A stretch of 63,759 nt of DNA, filler included, from Kipferlia bialata (lineage: Eukaryota): assembly GCA_003568945.1 (NCBI GenBank). It is 8 parts of 8 records of this genome, joined end to end, with 100 filler letters (N's around TTAATTAATTAA, not from the genome) between each part and the next. Parts side by side here need not be neighbours in the genome. Positions count along the whole stretch, not along the records: positions 35,160 to 45,277 come from BDIP01001495.1; positions 45,378 to 55,495 come from BDIP01001496.1; 6 more parts are not named here. The stretch is one strand, 5' to 3'. Every line of letters begins with the position of its first letter. Within the stretch, counting starts at the first letter, position 1. The notes below the pieces were generated by a model. The model saw nothing but the letters and a program-made list of their open reading frames with translations, was not told the origin of the DNA and searched no databases. Shown in pieces: positions 39,001-53,442 of this stretch. The position numbers were made by a program, and so were the translations under genes.

Positions 39001-42000
39001 CACACACTCATATATTCATATTCATATACCTGGTGTGTCCCCCTCCGACATGATCTGGGACTGGTGCATGGGTCTGACAGTGAGTGAGTATACATACACA
39101 TAGGTACTATATTAGGAACACAATGCATATAGATCAGGGGTCTGACAGTTAGTGAGAGGTGACAAATTACTAAAAATACATATATACATATATACATATT
39201 TATATATATATATATATATATGAGTGTCTTGTGTGTCTGTATATACAGCAATAGCAACAGTACCTAGGCCCCCTAGCACTGGCCCTCAGACACATCTCAG
39301 AGTCAGGGTCAGGGTGAGCTGGATTGTGTACGGCAGGTCCCAGTACAACACTCTCGGTACTATCAGCGTCTGAACGTCTAAGCGTCTCGACGTCTGACGA
39401 CTCCGACTCTGACACCTCCACATCGACATCATACTCTGTCGCATGTCTCTCTCCCTCCCTCTCCCTCTCCGTCTCTCCCTCTGACCCTATAGATGCAGGT
39501 GACACTATGACCCCACTCTCGCTGGTCTCACTCATCTCTCTCTCTCTCCCCCCCTGTCTCCCTCGGTACATGCCCCCATGTACACCCTCTCCCTCCAGGT
39601 ACAGACTGCCACTGGTCTCACTGTCATCACACCCTGTCTCTGTCTCTGTGTGTTCATGCATGGCTAGCAGACTCCCAAAGGGGGTGCTGTCGTTACGGGT
39701 CAGACCCCTAATGCCGGTCTGCCTCTCTCTCTTGCCGTAGAAGGTAGCCTCAATGACGTCCCAGGGCCTCTGCAGCACGGCCTGGGCAACCTGGAGTCAA
39801 TAGGATTACATGTTCATATCCAAGAGCAGTATCTTAACAGTGGATGTGGTATATACATATGATACATATTGTTTAAGTGTATCTGCAGCACGGCCTGGGC
39901 AACCTAACCGATATAGAGGAGTATCAGACCAGTATGCGTGGTATACATATAACAATATATATACGTGTATATATATGTGTATCTGCAGCACGGCCTGGGC
40001 AACCTAACCGTTATACTTATATGTATATGTATGTATGTATATGTGTATCTCTCAAGCACGGCCTGGGGATAAATGTCCACAGTGGATAATATACTTGTCA
40101 TATACACGTTGAGTGTCTCTGGAGCACTGGGGTACAGATGCAGCAGTGTATACAAGCACAACAAGTACAAGATGTATACACCCACCTGCACCGATGAGCC
40201 ACTGGCCTCGACTGCCTGTAGGGGGGTCTTGCGCCTGGGTATTAGGGTAGACCATGATGATACAAATACATGCTACTATTAGGTATACAATGCCAGTAGG
40301 TATACGGATACATCAATGATACACACCCTATACCCCTATATCCCGGGGACCTACATATGGCTGACTTCCCCACACACATGTATGTATATACACCATACAC
40401 ATACCTCACTCTCAGTCTACCCAGCCCCCTCCTAGTCTGTGGGGATGTAGTATCACCCTTGGTACCCTTGGTGCTGCATGCACATGTGGTGACTGAGGCT
40501 CGCTGCCACCTGAGCGCAGAGGGGCGGACCTGGGGTGACGATACACAGAGGCAAACGAATCAACACGGTGCCAGGCACATTAAGGAAATGACATTGACGT
40601 ATTGTCCATAACCAACTCCACATCTACAGCTGGTACTCATGTATGCATACCCACCTGGCCTGCTGCTGCCAGTATCCCTGTACTGTATATATACAAATAT
40701 ACTACACATACATATGTTACACTAATACATATATATATTACCCACCTTGTTGACTTGGTCTGCTGCTGCCAGCACTCTGTTCTTCCACGAGGACTGTCTC
40801 TGCTGCAGACGCCTTACAGTCAGCACTCAATATATATACCATCGTATATATCATTGTATATCAGCACTCAGTTCCAATGTGCATACATGTAGGGAGACAG
40901 AGAATATGACAAGAAGAGAGACCAAATGGTAAACTTCACACTCAGAAACAGTCAGCTATTGCATACATGTAATTGCCTCGAATCCGTACCTCAGGGCTGG
41001 CATGATGTGTGCCAACCAGTGCCATGTATACATGTATATATATATATATATATATCTGACATGTCAACATGGAGCCATATGATATATATATATATATATG
41101 TCAACAACGGAACGTGTACATGCACCTCAGGTATACATATATATATATATATAACTGGTTCCCTCGTGTATATGTACCTCAGGGCTGGCAGGATGTGTGC
41201 GTGCACTCTCTTCTGTGCTATCTTGAGAGATGGGGCATCCAGCATAACCCTAGGGTGAGACAATGGTGAATAATGCATAGGAACAATTATGACTACTCAT
41301 ATACAACACTTGAAGTGTTCAAGAATGACCGATCCACAAAACTGCTGCGTATCATAGAACACATATGCAGATACGCCCAAAAATGTGTGCACCGCTAGAT
41401 ATGTGCACCAAGCATCAATATACCGATATCAATACTTAAGACATTCCCACACCTTCTGTGTGGGTACAGTATATACCGTCACACATATATATGATCATAT
41501 GTATACATATATTGAATACTCATGCCTTCTGTGTGGGTACAGTCCCTTGCCCTTGAGGAAGGCCAGAGAGGGGCCTGGGGTAATAGGATATAGTAAATTC
41601 AATGAATCAACTGGTAGAGAAAGACTATCCATATCTGAGAGACAGTCTAATGCAGCCAGGGAAATGTACATACATAGAGAGACATCCATACCCGTTGTCA
41701 CAAAGTGGAGCGTGGCCAGTATGGGTGAGAGGCATAGAGAGAGAAAGGGAGAGAGAAAGGGAGAGAGAGAGAGAGACATACCCGTTGTGACAAAGTGCAG
41801 CGTGGCCAGCTTTGCCTTACAGACAATGTGGTCTACACACACAGGGGAGAAGAGCACGTTGAGGACCTGTAGGTTAAGGAAGGTCCATATACATATAGGG
41901 ATATATAAAAAATATATATATATATATGCCTGACACACGGGGGAGAAGAGCACGTTGAGGACCTGCGTAAACAGGTATACAATAGCTCAATGAAACTATA

Positions 42001-43859
42001 TTCATATATATATATATATATCGATATCTAAGCATACGCTTGACAGAGGGCTGAAGAGCATGTTGAAAACCCGAGGTAAGGGATATAGAGATTAATATGG
42101 GCCTGTGAGTAAAACTATATACTAATATATGTATATATACTAATGTATGTATTATAAGATGAGGGACCTGGGCATCCGGCAGGAGATACAATCACAATAC
42201 ATTGACTGTGATAGCATACCTTCTCCGATACGCATATGTCCCAGTCCTTGGCCTCACCCATGAGTCTGAGGGGTGAGAGGGTCATATTCACATAGAGGAG
42301 ACATGAGGAGTGCACCAGAATTCAATCATTTATGTACATACCTAGCTGCTGTGTTGACTGTGTCTCCAAACACATCGTACATGAGCTCATTGGTACCAAG
42401 GACACCTGGGGTCAGAGATATCAGACATAGCCATATGCAACAGAACACACATTGGGATATACACATACTGCCTTTACACAGATACTATAGTGTAGCCACA
42501 TACCCCCTGTGATCCCCCCCATGGCCACCCCCGTCCTCAGTGACTTATATGGTATATATATACACACTATACATATATATATACCTCCAGTGATCCCCCC
42601 CATGGCCACCCCTACTCTCAGTGACTTGACACTGGTCAGGGGGAAGCCTTCCCCACGGGCAATCAGAACGGCCACTCTGGGGTTAACATGTTACATATAC
42701 TCACATACACATAGGTATTAATATGTATACGTGTAAATGTATGACCCACGGGCAATGAGCACGGCCACTCTGGGGTTAACAGCAGACACATACACATAAG
42801 GGTGAAATAGACCGTATCGCATATACCTGGCTTCTGAGCAGAATGTCATGGTGTCACTATCCACTAGTATGTATATAGTATATGGAGTATACATGATATA
42901 TATACATATCTATATGTGTATATATATATATGGTATACCTTGCGACAGTGCAGAATGTCACTATCCTCTTGACCGCATCCACTGACTCTGCCTCATCCTT
43001 GGCCCGGCACACAACCATGTAGGTGCCATCTGCACCCTGGAGGGTCAGTACACAGGGAGAGATAGCTATATATGTATATATATACATACATATATATTGA
43101 CATATGTATAGGGTCAGTACACAGGGAGAGATGATTGTATATGTATACACATATATATATGTTGATATATGTATACTGAGCCAGAAACCTTGTAGGTGCC
43201 ATCTGCACCCTGCAGGGTCAGTACATATATATATATATGTATATAGTAGAGGGTCAGTACACAGGGAGAGATAGTTATATATATACATATATATATAGTA
43301 TATACACATACTGAACCACACAACCATGTAGGTGCCATCTGTACTCAGGAGAGTCAGTATATGTACATAGCGAGATGGAGGGAGAGAGATCTCTTGGAGC
43401 GAGATGTGACATATAACTCTGTGCTTACTCCCCCACTTCTAGTGGGTACCATATATATAGAGAGAGTAAGAGACGCAGAGAGTGGAAAGGGTATCTAGAT
43501 CCTGGGACATATATATGTTACACGCAAATACACACATATATATATAAGAAACCTGAGAGATGACGGATAGAATATACCTTAATCTTCTCGATTCCAGTGT
43601 AGGGTGGGATGTTGCCAACGAGCTCACACCTGGAGGGGTAAGAACGAAAGAGGTGTACATAATTCATTAACTATCCATTTATTATAGTTCTGTGGAAGTA
43701 ATGTATATATATGTATATACATATAACGTACATCTGATATATAACAACATGATATATATATATATATATATATATAAATAACGTACATCTGATCGAGTAT
43801 GGCCACCAGAGCCACCAGGTCCTGGATGTGGTCAACGGCGCCAACCTGACAATAAGGGA

Positions 43860-43898
<39 letters not shown>

Positions 43899-44155
43899 TG
43901 GTCAACGGCTCCAACCTGACAATAAGGGTATATAGAGAGAGAGAGAGAGAGAGAGAGCATGGCAGAGAATGTGACAGTTGGACCCGTAGGGTATTTTTCG
44001 CGAATTGAGTTACAACAAGTGAATCCAAAATATGAAAACAAATTTAGAAACCCAATATATATATATTCAATACGTACGTGTGTCCCCTCGATCTCTGCGC
44101 TGAGGAATGCAATGACAGAGTGGCCCTCAAAGGTGACACAGCTGGCATTAAGGGT

Positions 44156-44188
<33 letters not shown>

Positions 44189-45234
44189 CCCTCAAAGGTG
44201 ACACAGCTGGCATTAAGGGTGTAGACAGAGAGTGTGAGTGGGCAGTATTGCCATTTTAGAGAGAATCGTAATCTTCTCTGAATGAACACTAACACCTCAA
44301 TAGTTGGTCGTAGAGTGTAATCCTTGAGTACAAACTACACCGTACCCACTCTTGACCTGTGCCTCCAGCATGGCAGGTGATGTGACATACTCTCGGGTAC
44401 CCTTTGGCAGAGCACTGTAGAACACTGCGAGACAGGCATCACACACACGGTCCATGCAGCTGATCTGAAGGTTAGGGCACAATGACGAATACTATCCAGT
44501 ACTTCTAGTAATTAGCATACATACGCACACATGTACACATTCACACGTATAGTAGGATACGGTCTATCCAGCTGATCTGGAGGCGATGGAATATCACACA
44601 CAGACATATACAAATATATATATATAAATGTATGTATGCATATTTATACCTGTTCCCCTGCGCTTGTCTCGATGACCACCCCTGCTCTGTAGACTTGACT
44701 GACCTGGGTAATGAGGGGCTAGGGAGAGAGAGATACTAACTTAGAGGGCTAGGAGAGATACATACAGTGGTGATATGGTACCAGGGAGAGAGAGAGAGGG
44801 GGAAGACTGAGAAGAGACTAGGGGGACACAGTGCAAGATATCAATACATACATATGTATAGAGAGAGAGAGAGAGGGTATGACACACGTGGAATAGGCTT
44901 GTGCCGAGTGCTATCCATGAGACACCCGAGACAAGGGGGTGGGGGGACAGGACCTAGGGTGAGGGAGAGTAACAATACAGGTGTCAATACATTCAACATT
45001 GGGCATACTCCCTGCATTCCATTCTCTCCCTCTCCCTCTCCATTCATGTATGTGTATGCAACCATACCTGCACGGCTGTGCACATTGCTATGTCCCTCTC
45101 TCTCCCTCTCTCCCTCTCTCTATATATATGATTATATACATATAACCCATACCTGCACTGCCGTGCACATTGCTATGCCCACCCCTGCCACCCCCAGTCT
45201 CTTAAGGGCATTGACAGCACGGGAGTGGTGGCCC
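35160..45234 (-). CDS. Multi-pass membrane class III nucleotide (probably adenylate) cyclase; partial at both ends, >30 exons
   Basis: Catalytic domain at about 41500-44150: IEKIK|GADGTYMVV, LRVGVAMGGITGG|VLGTNELMYDVFGDTVNTAAR|LMG, LKGKG. It is preceded by hydrophobic exons. It is followed in frame by a long acidic/Ser-rich insert and a second hydrophobic cluster (CVLLAVQGVICMATLAYAL, LLSVCLALAALLVLG, CTLVCILSLCSV, YTAFSIILAIL, VLVISFSTLVSLVPAVVGLF). Confidence 0.85.
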
Positions 45235-45657
45235 TGACATAAGGGGCTAGAGGGGGGGGGGGGGGGGGGGAAGGGGGNNNNNNNNNNNNNNNNNNNNNNN
45301 NNNNNNNNNNNNNNNNNNNNNTTAATTAATTAANNNNNNNNNNNNNNNNNNNNNNNNNNNNNNNNNNNNNNNNNNNNCGCCTCTTGAAATAGGCCATTTT
45401 ACTATATAAATGGCAAAAATAGCATATAATCCTTCTATTCATACCGCCTTAAATTTAGGGTCCGTCGTATGTCGAAGACTCTAGGGTCAAACTCTGACTC
45501 ACAGGATTTTCTTCCTGGCTCACTTCAAAGCAAGTGTCTATTAATTCCCAGTTCTGTAAGCAACGTCAGTTAGCACTCAGCGTAAGTGTAACAAGTGACA
45601 CCACCAATAGCCGCTGAAATAGAAAATGGAGGTGTGGCATAGTCGCTCGAATATTGT

Positions 45658-45692
<35 letters not shown>

Positions 45693-45804
45693 GTGGTCTA
45701 CACTGACTCAGTCTCACTGAGTACGTATGTGTAAATTGATCCAGCTTGCCTGAACAGAGGAATATATACATGTATTGACTATATATAAGAAAACATTTAG
45801 TATG

Positions 45805-46217
45805 TCACTCCGAGTGTGAGTGGTTGTTTCCATCCAGTTCTGTGTATAGAGCTGGGTATAGAGTGCCACTGGCCATGAGTTCAGAGTGTGTCCCACTCTC
45901 TACAAGAGTGCCCTGATCCATAACCAACACTGGAGATAAGCGGACATATGTATGTATACATAAAGAGAGAGAGACAGAGAGAGATAGAAGTGTGCCCTGG
46001 TCCATGACCAGGACTGGATGTGAGATGACATGTACATACATATACATATATACAGAGAGAGAGAGAGAAATATATGGGTGAGGACAGCGATTGAAGAGTT
46101 AGCGCAAGCGGTCTCCTAGTGTCCTAAATAATAATGAATATTGGAGGGGAGGATGAATATCCATACCCATATCTGCCCCCCTCACTGTTGACAGTCTGTG
46201 TGCTATGATGATGAGGG

Positions 46218-46255
<38 letters not shown>

Positions 46256-46256
46256 C

Positions 46257-46287
<31 letters not shown>

Positions 46288-49200
46288 CATATTTATGTAT
46301 ATGGTATACATACCCAGGTCTGCCCCTCTAACTGTAGACAGTCTGTGTGCTATGATGATGAGGGTACGGCCAAGGGAGGCCTTCTCAACTGCAGCCTGGA
46401 CCTGGGCCTAGAGTTAGTACATATATAGTATATATATATATATATATATATATATCTATATATATATATAATACAAAGCATACATGCATATATTTATGCA
46501 GAGTGAATATGAGGCCTTCTCAACTGCAGCCTGCACCTGCACTTGGGGTTGAGTGCATGTAAATACTATATATACGATATACACATACATATATACTACC
46601 TGGTTCTCTGTGTCCAGACTGGATGTGCTCTCTCTCTCTCTCCATATATATATATGTGTGTGTGTATATATATATGTGTGTGTGTTTATACATATATACA
46701 TATATACATACTGCATCTGGTCCTCTGTGTCCAGACTGGATGTGCTCTCTCTCTCTCTCTCTTTTTCTCTCTCTCTCTCTCTATATATATATTCATATAT
46801 ATCACTCAATACCTGGTTCTCTGTGTCCAAGCTGGATGTGCTCTCATCCAGTATAAGGACAGGGGCATCTGGGGAGTGAGTGGTCAATTTGTATACACAC
46901 ACACACACACACATATATAGACATGCATATGTATGTGTATATATATCATACATATGATGCTCATCCAGTATCAGCACTGGGGCATCTGGGGATGGGGATT
47001 CTATAAATGAATACATATGAGTGTATATGTAAGAGAGACTATATACCCATCTATTAGTAACTTAGTAGTGGACTAGACTAGACTAGAAAAGTAGTATCAG
47101 CCCGGGGGCATCTGGGGATGGGTATTGTCCTTGTGTATGACAGAAGCATCGTGTTGGTTTATAAATGTATCAGTCTCAATTTGAGAAATCTGTCACATTC
47201 TTCCAATTAGGAAAATACATTTCATTATGGTTTCATTTTACGGATACTATGCATACTAGAGACACTTGGGTATTATAAGAAGTATGATTATAGTATATGT
47301 AACATATCATATAACAGTCCCTATGCACAATTGTGCAGACGATACATCACATATGTTCCTAAAACACTATCTCTTTGTATATATATACATCATATCCATA
47401 TGTCCAATATAGATACCTCGGTAGAGTGCCCTTGCTATGGCCAGACGCTGTCTCTGACCACCTGAGTGTTATGCACAATAAGGGTGTAGAGGGAGAGAGT
47501 TATGTCGGGTGAACACAGAGTCTATAGGAGGTAACGGACATGTCGAACAGATTGGTTGTTATTCACAATAATGGTGTAGAGGGAGAGAGAAAGAGAGAGA
47601 GATGTATAGCCGCCATCTCGGACCATCTGAGAGATAACTCATACAGATAGATACTAACCTGACAGTTGCCCAAGTGTCTCCTCCATACCACCCCTGTCAC
47701 TCAGGAACTCAAGGCAGTTGGCCTGGTATTAGATACAATACATATATATATTGAATATGTAGTATATATATAATGTAGTGTATATATAGTATATGCTATG
47801 CCGCCCCTGTCACTCAGAAACTCAAGGCAGTTGGCCTGGTATTAGGTACAGTATATATATATTGAATATGTAGAATATGGATATTGTCAAGGCCGTTGGC
47901 CTGATATTAGGGATGCCTGTACCCATACCTGAGATGCACACTCTGTATTGAATAGTGTGGTATATACACTATATGTATATATATACACATATATAATAGT
48001 TCTTGTATATATGTATGTAAATGCCTACAATACATACCTGGGATGCACACTCCGTGGCTCTGGACAGGGCCCTTTCCCTCTCATCATCTCCCATATCCCT
48101 GGAGTTATTGAGGAAAGAAAGAGAGTATTAGTAGTCGTATCAATTGAAATCAATGGGAAGCATAATGAATGAATATATTCTTGTACTTGCAATAGAGACA
48201 GATGAATCCGCAACATACCTCAGTATTGATGGGTACACTATGTTTGTGAGCGCTGACCCTGGGACAACTGGGCTATCCTGGTGCACCACTGCAATGTGCC
48301 TGAAATGAGGGGGTAGAGGGAGAGAGAGAAAGAGAGAGAAGAGTGTGATGGACAAATTGGTGAAGGGAGAGAGAGAGAGAGACAAGGGTGACCGACCATA
48401 TTGGAATTGAATATATACATATATATAGAGAGATAGAACTATATTCCTCCTCAGGTCTCCTATGCCCAGTGTCTTGATGTCCCTGCCACCTAGGGATATG
48501 CATATATAGTATATACACAGGAGGTACATATACATCTATCTATCTATATGTGTATCGGTATATAGGTACATACCTCCTAAGGTCCCCTGTGTCCAGTGTC
48601 CTCCATGTATAGTATATATATATATATATAAATACATGTGTGTATATATGCGTGTAGGTATATAGGCACATACCTCCTCAGGTCCCCTATGTCTGTCTTG
48701 ATGTCCCTACTACCTAGGGATATGCAAATATAGTATATACATAGTAGGTACCTATACATCTATCTATCTATATATGTGTATAGGTACATACCTCCTCAGG
48801 TCTCCTATGTTCAGTTTCCTGATGTCCCTGCCACCTAGGGATATACTCCCACGGGATGGATCATAGAAGCGCATAAGCAGCCTAGTGGTAAGAAATGAGA
48901 AGTGTTTGGGTCTCCCACTAGATGGATCATAGAAGCGCATAAGGTGTCTAAGAGTCAGTCAAAAGAGTAGAAGAAGGGATCAATGAAAAGACAATTATGT
49001 ATGGTCAATAAGGAAAGAAATCGATTAGTATGACAATGTGCACCCACGGGAGGTCGAAAGAATCGCATGAACAGTCTAATGGTAAGTAATTTGTAAATAC
49101 ATCAATGTATACTCTCATACCTGACTAATGTTGATTTCCCTGCACTGCCACTCCTGCCCACTATGGCTGCAGTGGCACCGGCTGGGATGGAGAAGGAGAG

Positions 49201-52200
49201 GTCTTTAAGCACTAAAGTATCTGGGTGTAAGTAGATGTACATGTATGCAGGGATAGAGAAGAAATTGTCTTCAAGTATCATACTATATACATATATCATA
49301 CCTTCATTATATCCAAAGTGCACCCTGTCCACATCAAGGGACAATGACATATCCACTATATACAATGAATACTATACATACTATATTCTATACATATACC
49401 ATACCCTTATTGTATCCAAAGTGCACCCTGTCCACATCAAGGGACCCGGACAGCGACAGGGAGGGGTCAGGGGAGCCCTGAGGGTAAGAATTGCTATACT
49501 ACGTATCCTTCTGCATATATACATTATGGACACGTATATGGACATATGATTATACTTGATCTGAGAGGCAGGATCAGAGAGGGAACGGGTCAGAGGCAAT
49601 GTGAGTGTCAGTATGGAAGGAAGGCACGTATAGTAGGGCACAGTAGTACATACACACCAGCTCCACGTCTCTCTCTGTTAATGCCCCAAGTCTCTCTAGA
49701 GATATGTAGACACATATATATACATACATACACACATATACATACCTGCTCCACATCTCTCTCTGTATGTGCCCCCAGTCTCTCTGCACACCGTACAGAC
49801 ACGGTGGCAGCGGCACTAAGGCCTGAAATAAGGGTCTAGGGAGAGGGAGAGAGAGAGATAGAGAGAGAGAGAGACCGTACAGACACAGAGGCAGCAGCAC
49901 TGAGGCCTGGACAAGAATGAGTGTTTGGCTGAAGACTATATACATTGAAATTTCAATTGAATTATGTTACTGCCTGCTATGTATATATAGTGATGTAGTA
50001 TCCACCTGCTATGGCCGAGACCAGGCTGCCCAGGGGTTATACAAGAGTATAATAGTACTATAGTATAATACATACATATATATGTATATATATACATACA
50101 GTTCTTACCTGCTATGGCTGAGACCAGACTGCCCAGGGGTGTGGTGGTCTGTCTGACTAGACTCTGCAGGGCGGTGACCTATATATTATCATAATCGACA
50201 TGTAGTATACATATATGTACAAATTTATATACATATGCAGTATAGTACATAATATATGGTCTGTCTGACCAGACTCTGCAGGGTAGTGATCTTAATTATT
50301 AAAGTCTTTGGGCAATTATAGTCATATCTACGAAATATATATAATACACAATTACAAGTACTTGTATTATATAAATATAATATATAGAGTATAATCCGCA
50401 CCTGACCCATTGTCACTGTGCAATAATATATAGTCATATATATACAAAAAGAGAACATCAAATACATATATACACACACACATAATTATATATATATACA
50501 TATATACTTCATACCTGCCCCACTGTCATTGTGCCATTGATCACAGCCACGGCACATGTATACAACAATGATATATATATATATATATATATATATAAGT
50601 GTTACATGTATACCTATATACATATATATAGATACACACCTGACCCACTGTCATTGTGCCATTGATCACAGCCACTGCACAGAGAGACATTGCTATAGTA
50701 CAATTAATATATATATATATATACCATATGCAGTATATATATATTGAGTATATATCCCATGCCTGCCCCACTGTCATTGTGCCATTGATCACAGCCACTG
50801 CACAGAGATAGAGCACAATCACATCGGCCGCACCTAGGGTGTAAGAATATTGTAAATGTATACATATACTATCTATATGAATTTCTATATATTACAGAGA
50901 TAGAGCACAATCACATCGGCGGCACCTGGAAGGGTAGGTATACATATAGATATATGTAAGAATATACTGAAATATATATATCAAGAGTCAGAAGACCAGC
51001 AAAACTAAACAGATACGGAGATACAATACTTGTAAACCAGTACCGTACCCTTGCAGTTTGTCTGCACCACTGACAGTACACCGAGATCCTTGCCCCTGGG
51101 GTGTCAGAGAGAGAGAGAGGGAGAGAGAGAGAGAGAGAGGGAGGGAGGGAGGGAGAGCAAACGGCACAACGCGCGAGAGAACACAAGAACATACGAAATA
51201 TACAACAAAGTATTCACTGTATACTAATCTTCACCCCCCCCACCTCACTAATATAATGTCTGACAGCTTCTTCTGTGCCTGTACGACAGAGAGTCCACCA
51301 TTTATGCATACTATATATCCTATACACTATAGTATATGTATACTATGCATATACTATATACTATATACCTCACTAATATAATGTCTGACAGCTTCTTCTG
51401 GGCCTGTCCGACAGAGTCCACCATTAATACATACTATATATACAAGAAACACTATAGTATATGTATACTATGCATATACCTGACTAATATGATGTCTGAT
51501 AGCTTCTGCTGTGCCTGTCCGACAGAGTCCACCTCATAGGCCTCACCCCCATAGGCCCTGGGATGTAAGTGGTATACTTCATAATATATAGTATAAGAGA
51601 GATACAAGTGCTTCTATCATTACGATCCCCCATAGGCCCTGGGGTGTAAGAGGTACAATACCATAAACACAATATATACTATATATACTAGATGGACAAT
51701 TTACTCATAGTCCACCTCATAGGCCTCACCCCCATAGGCCCTGGATGGTTAGATATACAGAGGTATACACATGCACATCCACATATGTATACATATACTA
51801 TAAGAACACTACAAACCTTACTAACGGCAGTCTGGACAAGGATGAGGATAGTGTATATGTATATATACATCATACGTGCAGAGACACAACACATGCACAC
51901 CTACTACAAATTCATATACACCATACCTTACTAACGGCAGCCTGGCCACATATGTATACATATACTATAAGAACACTACATACCTCACTAACGGCAGTCT
52001 GGACAAGGAAGAGGAGACAGCAGCGCCTGGAATTAGACTCAAGAATATACATATATATAATATATATAATATATATATTATATATATTATATATAGAATA
52101 TACAAAATATATTTATAATATGGACAAGGATGAGGAGAGAGCAGCCCCTGGAATTAGAGTAAAGAACTTGGAATTAGAGTAAAGAATATGGATATAGAGT

Positions 52201-52925
52201 AAAGAATATGGACAAAGACACACTCAAATATTGAAAAGTGAAATCAAAGCTTTCCATAAACACTAAGAACATAAGTAATGTATTTCTTTGATCTTATGAA
52301 TACTACACGGTATACCTAGCCCAGCCCGTGCCGCTCGGTGTACACTCAGAGACTTGGAGGACCTCGTCCTGTACCATGATATTGCAAGGGCCTGAGGTAA
52401 GAGAAAGAGAGCAGCTATTCACACGACACGCCAATGATGATATATACCATGCACTATATAGACAGAGCAATACTTCTGTATACTGTACATATATATAGTT
52501 ATTCACTTATTACCTCTTCCTGTACCATGATATTGCAAGGGCCGAAGTGCCAAAAGAGTATAAACCCTTTATGAATAACAACACAGCCAACAGTGTATAT
52601 ACGACAACAAAGAGAAATATCAACAATATATGTATTTGTGTTTATGCGCAATCATCCTTCACCTGTATGGGCATCGAGGCCATGTTGAACACTGAATATT
52701 GAATACTATATCAATACTAAATATACAATGAACTACATATGTATATATTCATATTTATGCATGTATTTACACATACCTGTATGGGCATCGAGGCCACGCC
52801 AAACACTGAACCCTAATAGGTATATATGTACAACACCTATATGAATATAGGTATATATATATGTATATATGTATATATATATATATATGTATATATACCT
52901 GTATGTATATATATGTATATATACC

Positions 52926-52967
<42 letters not shown>

Positions 52968-53239
52968 CTTACTTGTATGGGCATCGAGGCCACTCCAAAC
53001 ACAGCAGCCCTCCAGTCACGGGAGCTTAAGGGTTAGGAAATCCATAGTAGAGCGTGTTGTCTTGTGATGAACACATATAGAAAACTGGAAAAGGAGTAGT
53101 GGAAGGGTCACCTTGAAATGATAGTATACTAAAAATATACAGGAGTATGCTGTACACACCTCGCCATGACAAATGCCGACACTGCGGCCAGGGCATTGAA
53201 TACAATTATATACTAGTATACACGCAGGTATACATAATA

Positions 53240-53275
<36 letters not shown>

Positions 53276-53396
53276 GATATATATTCATATACCTTGCCAT
53301 GACAAATGCCGACACTGCGGCCAGGGCATTGGGTATGATGTTGTCAACCTGGCATAAGGATGAGACTATATTAATATATATATAGAGAGAGAGAGA

Positions 53397-53442
<46 letters not shown>

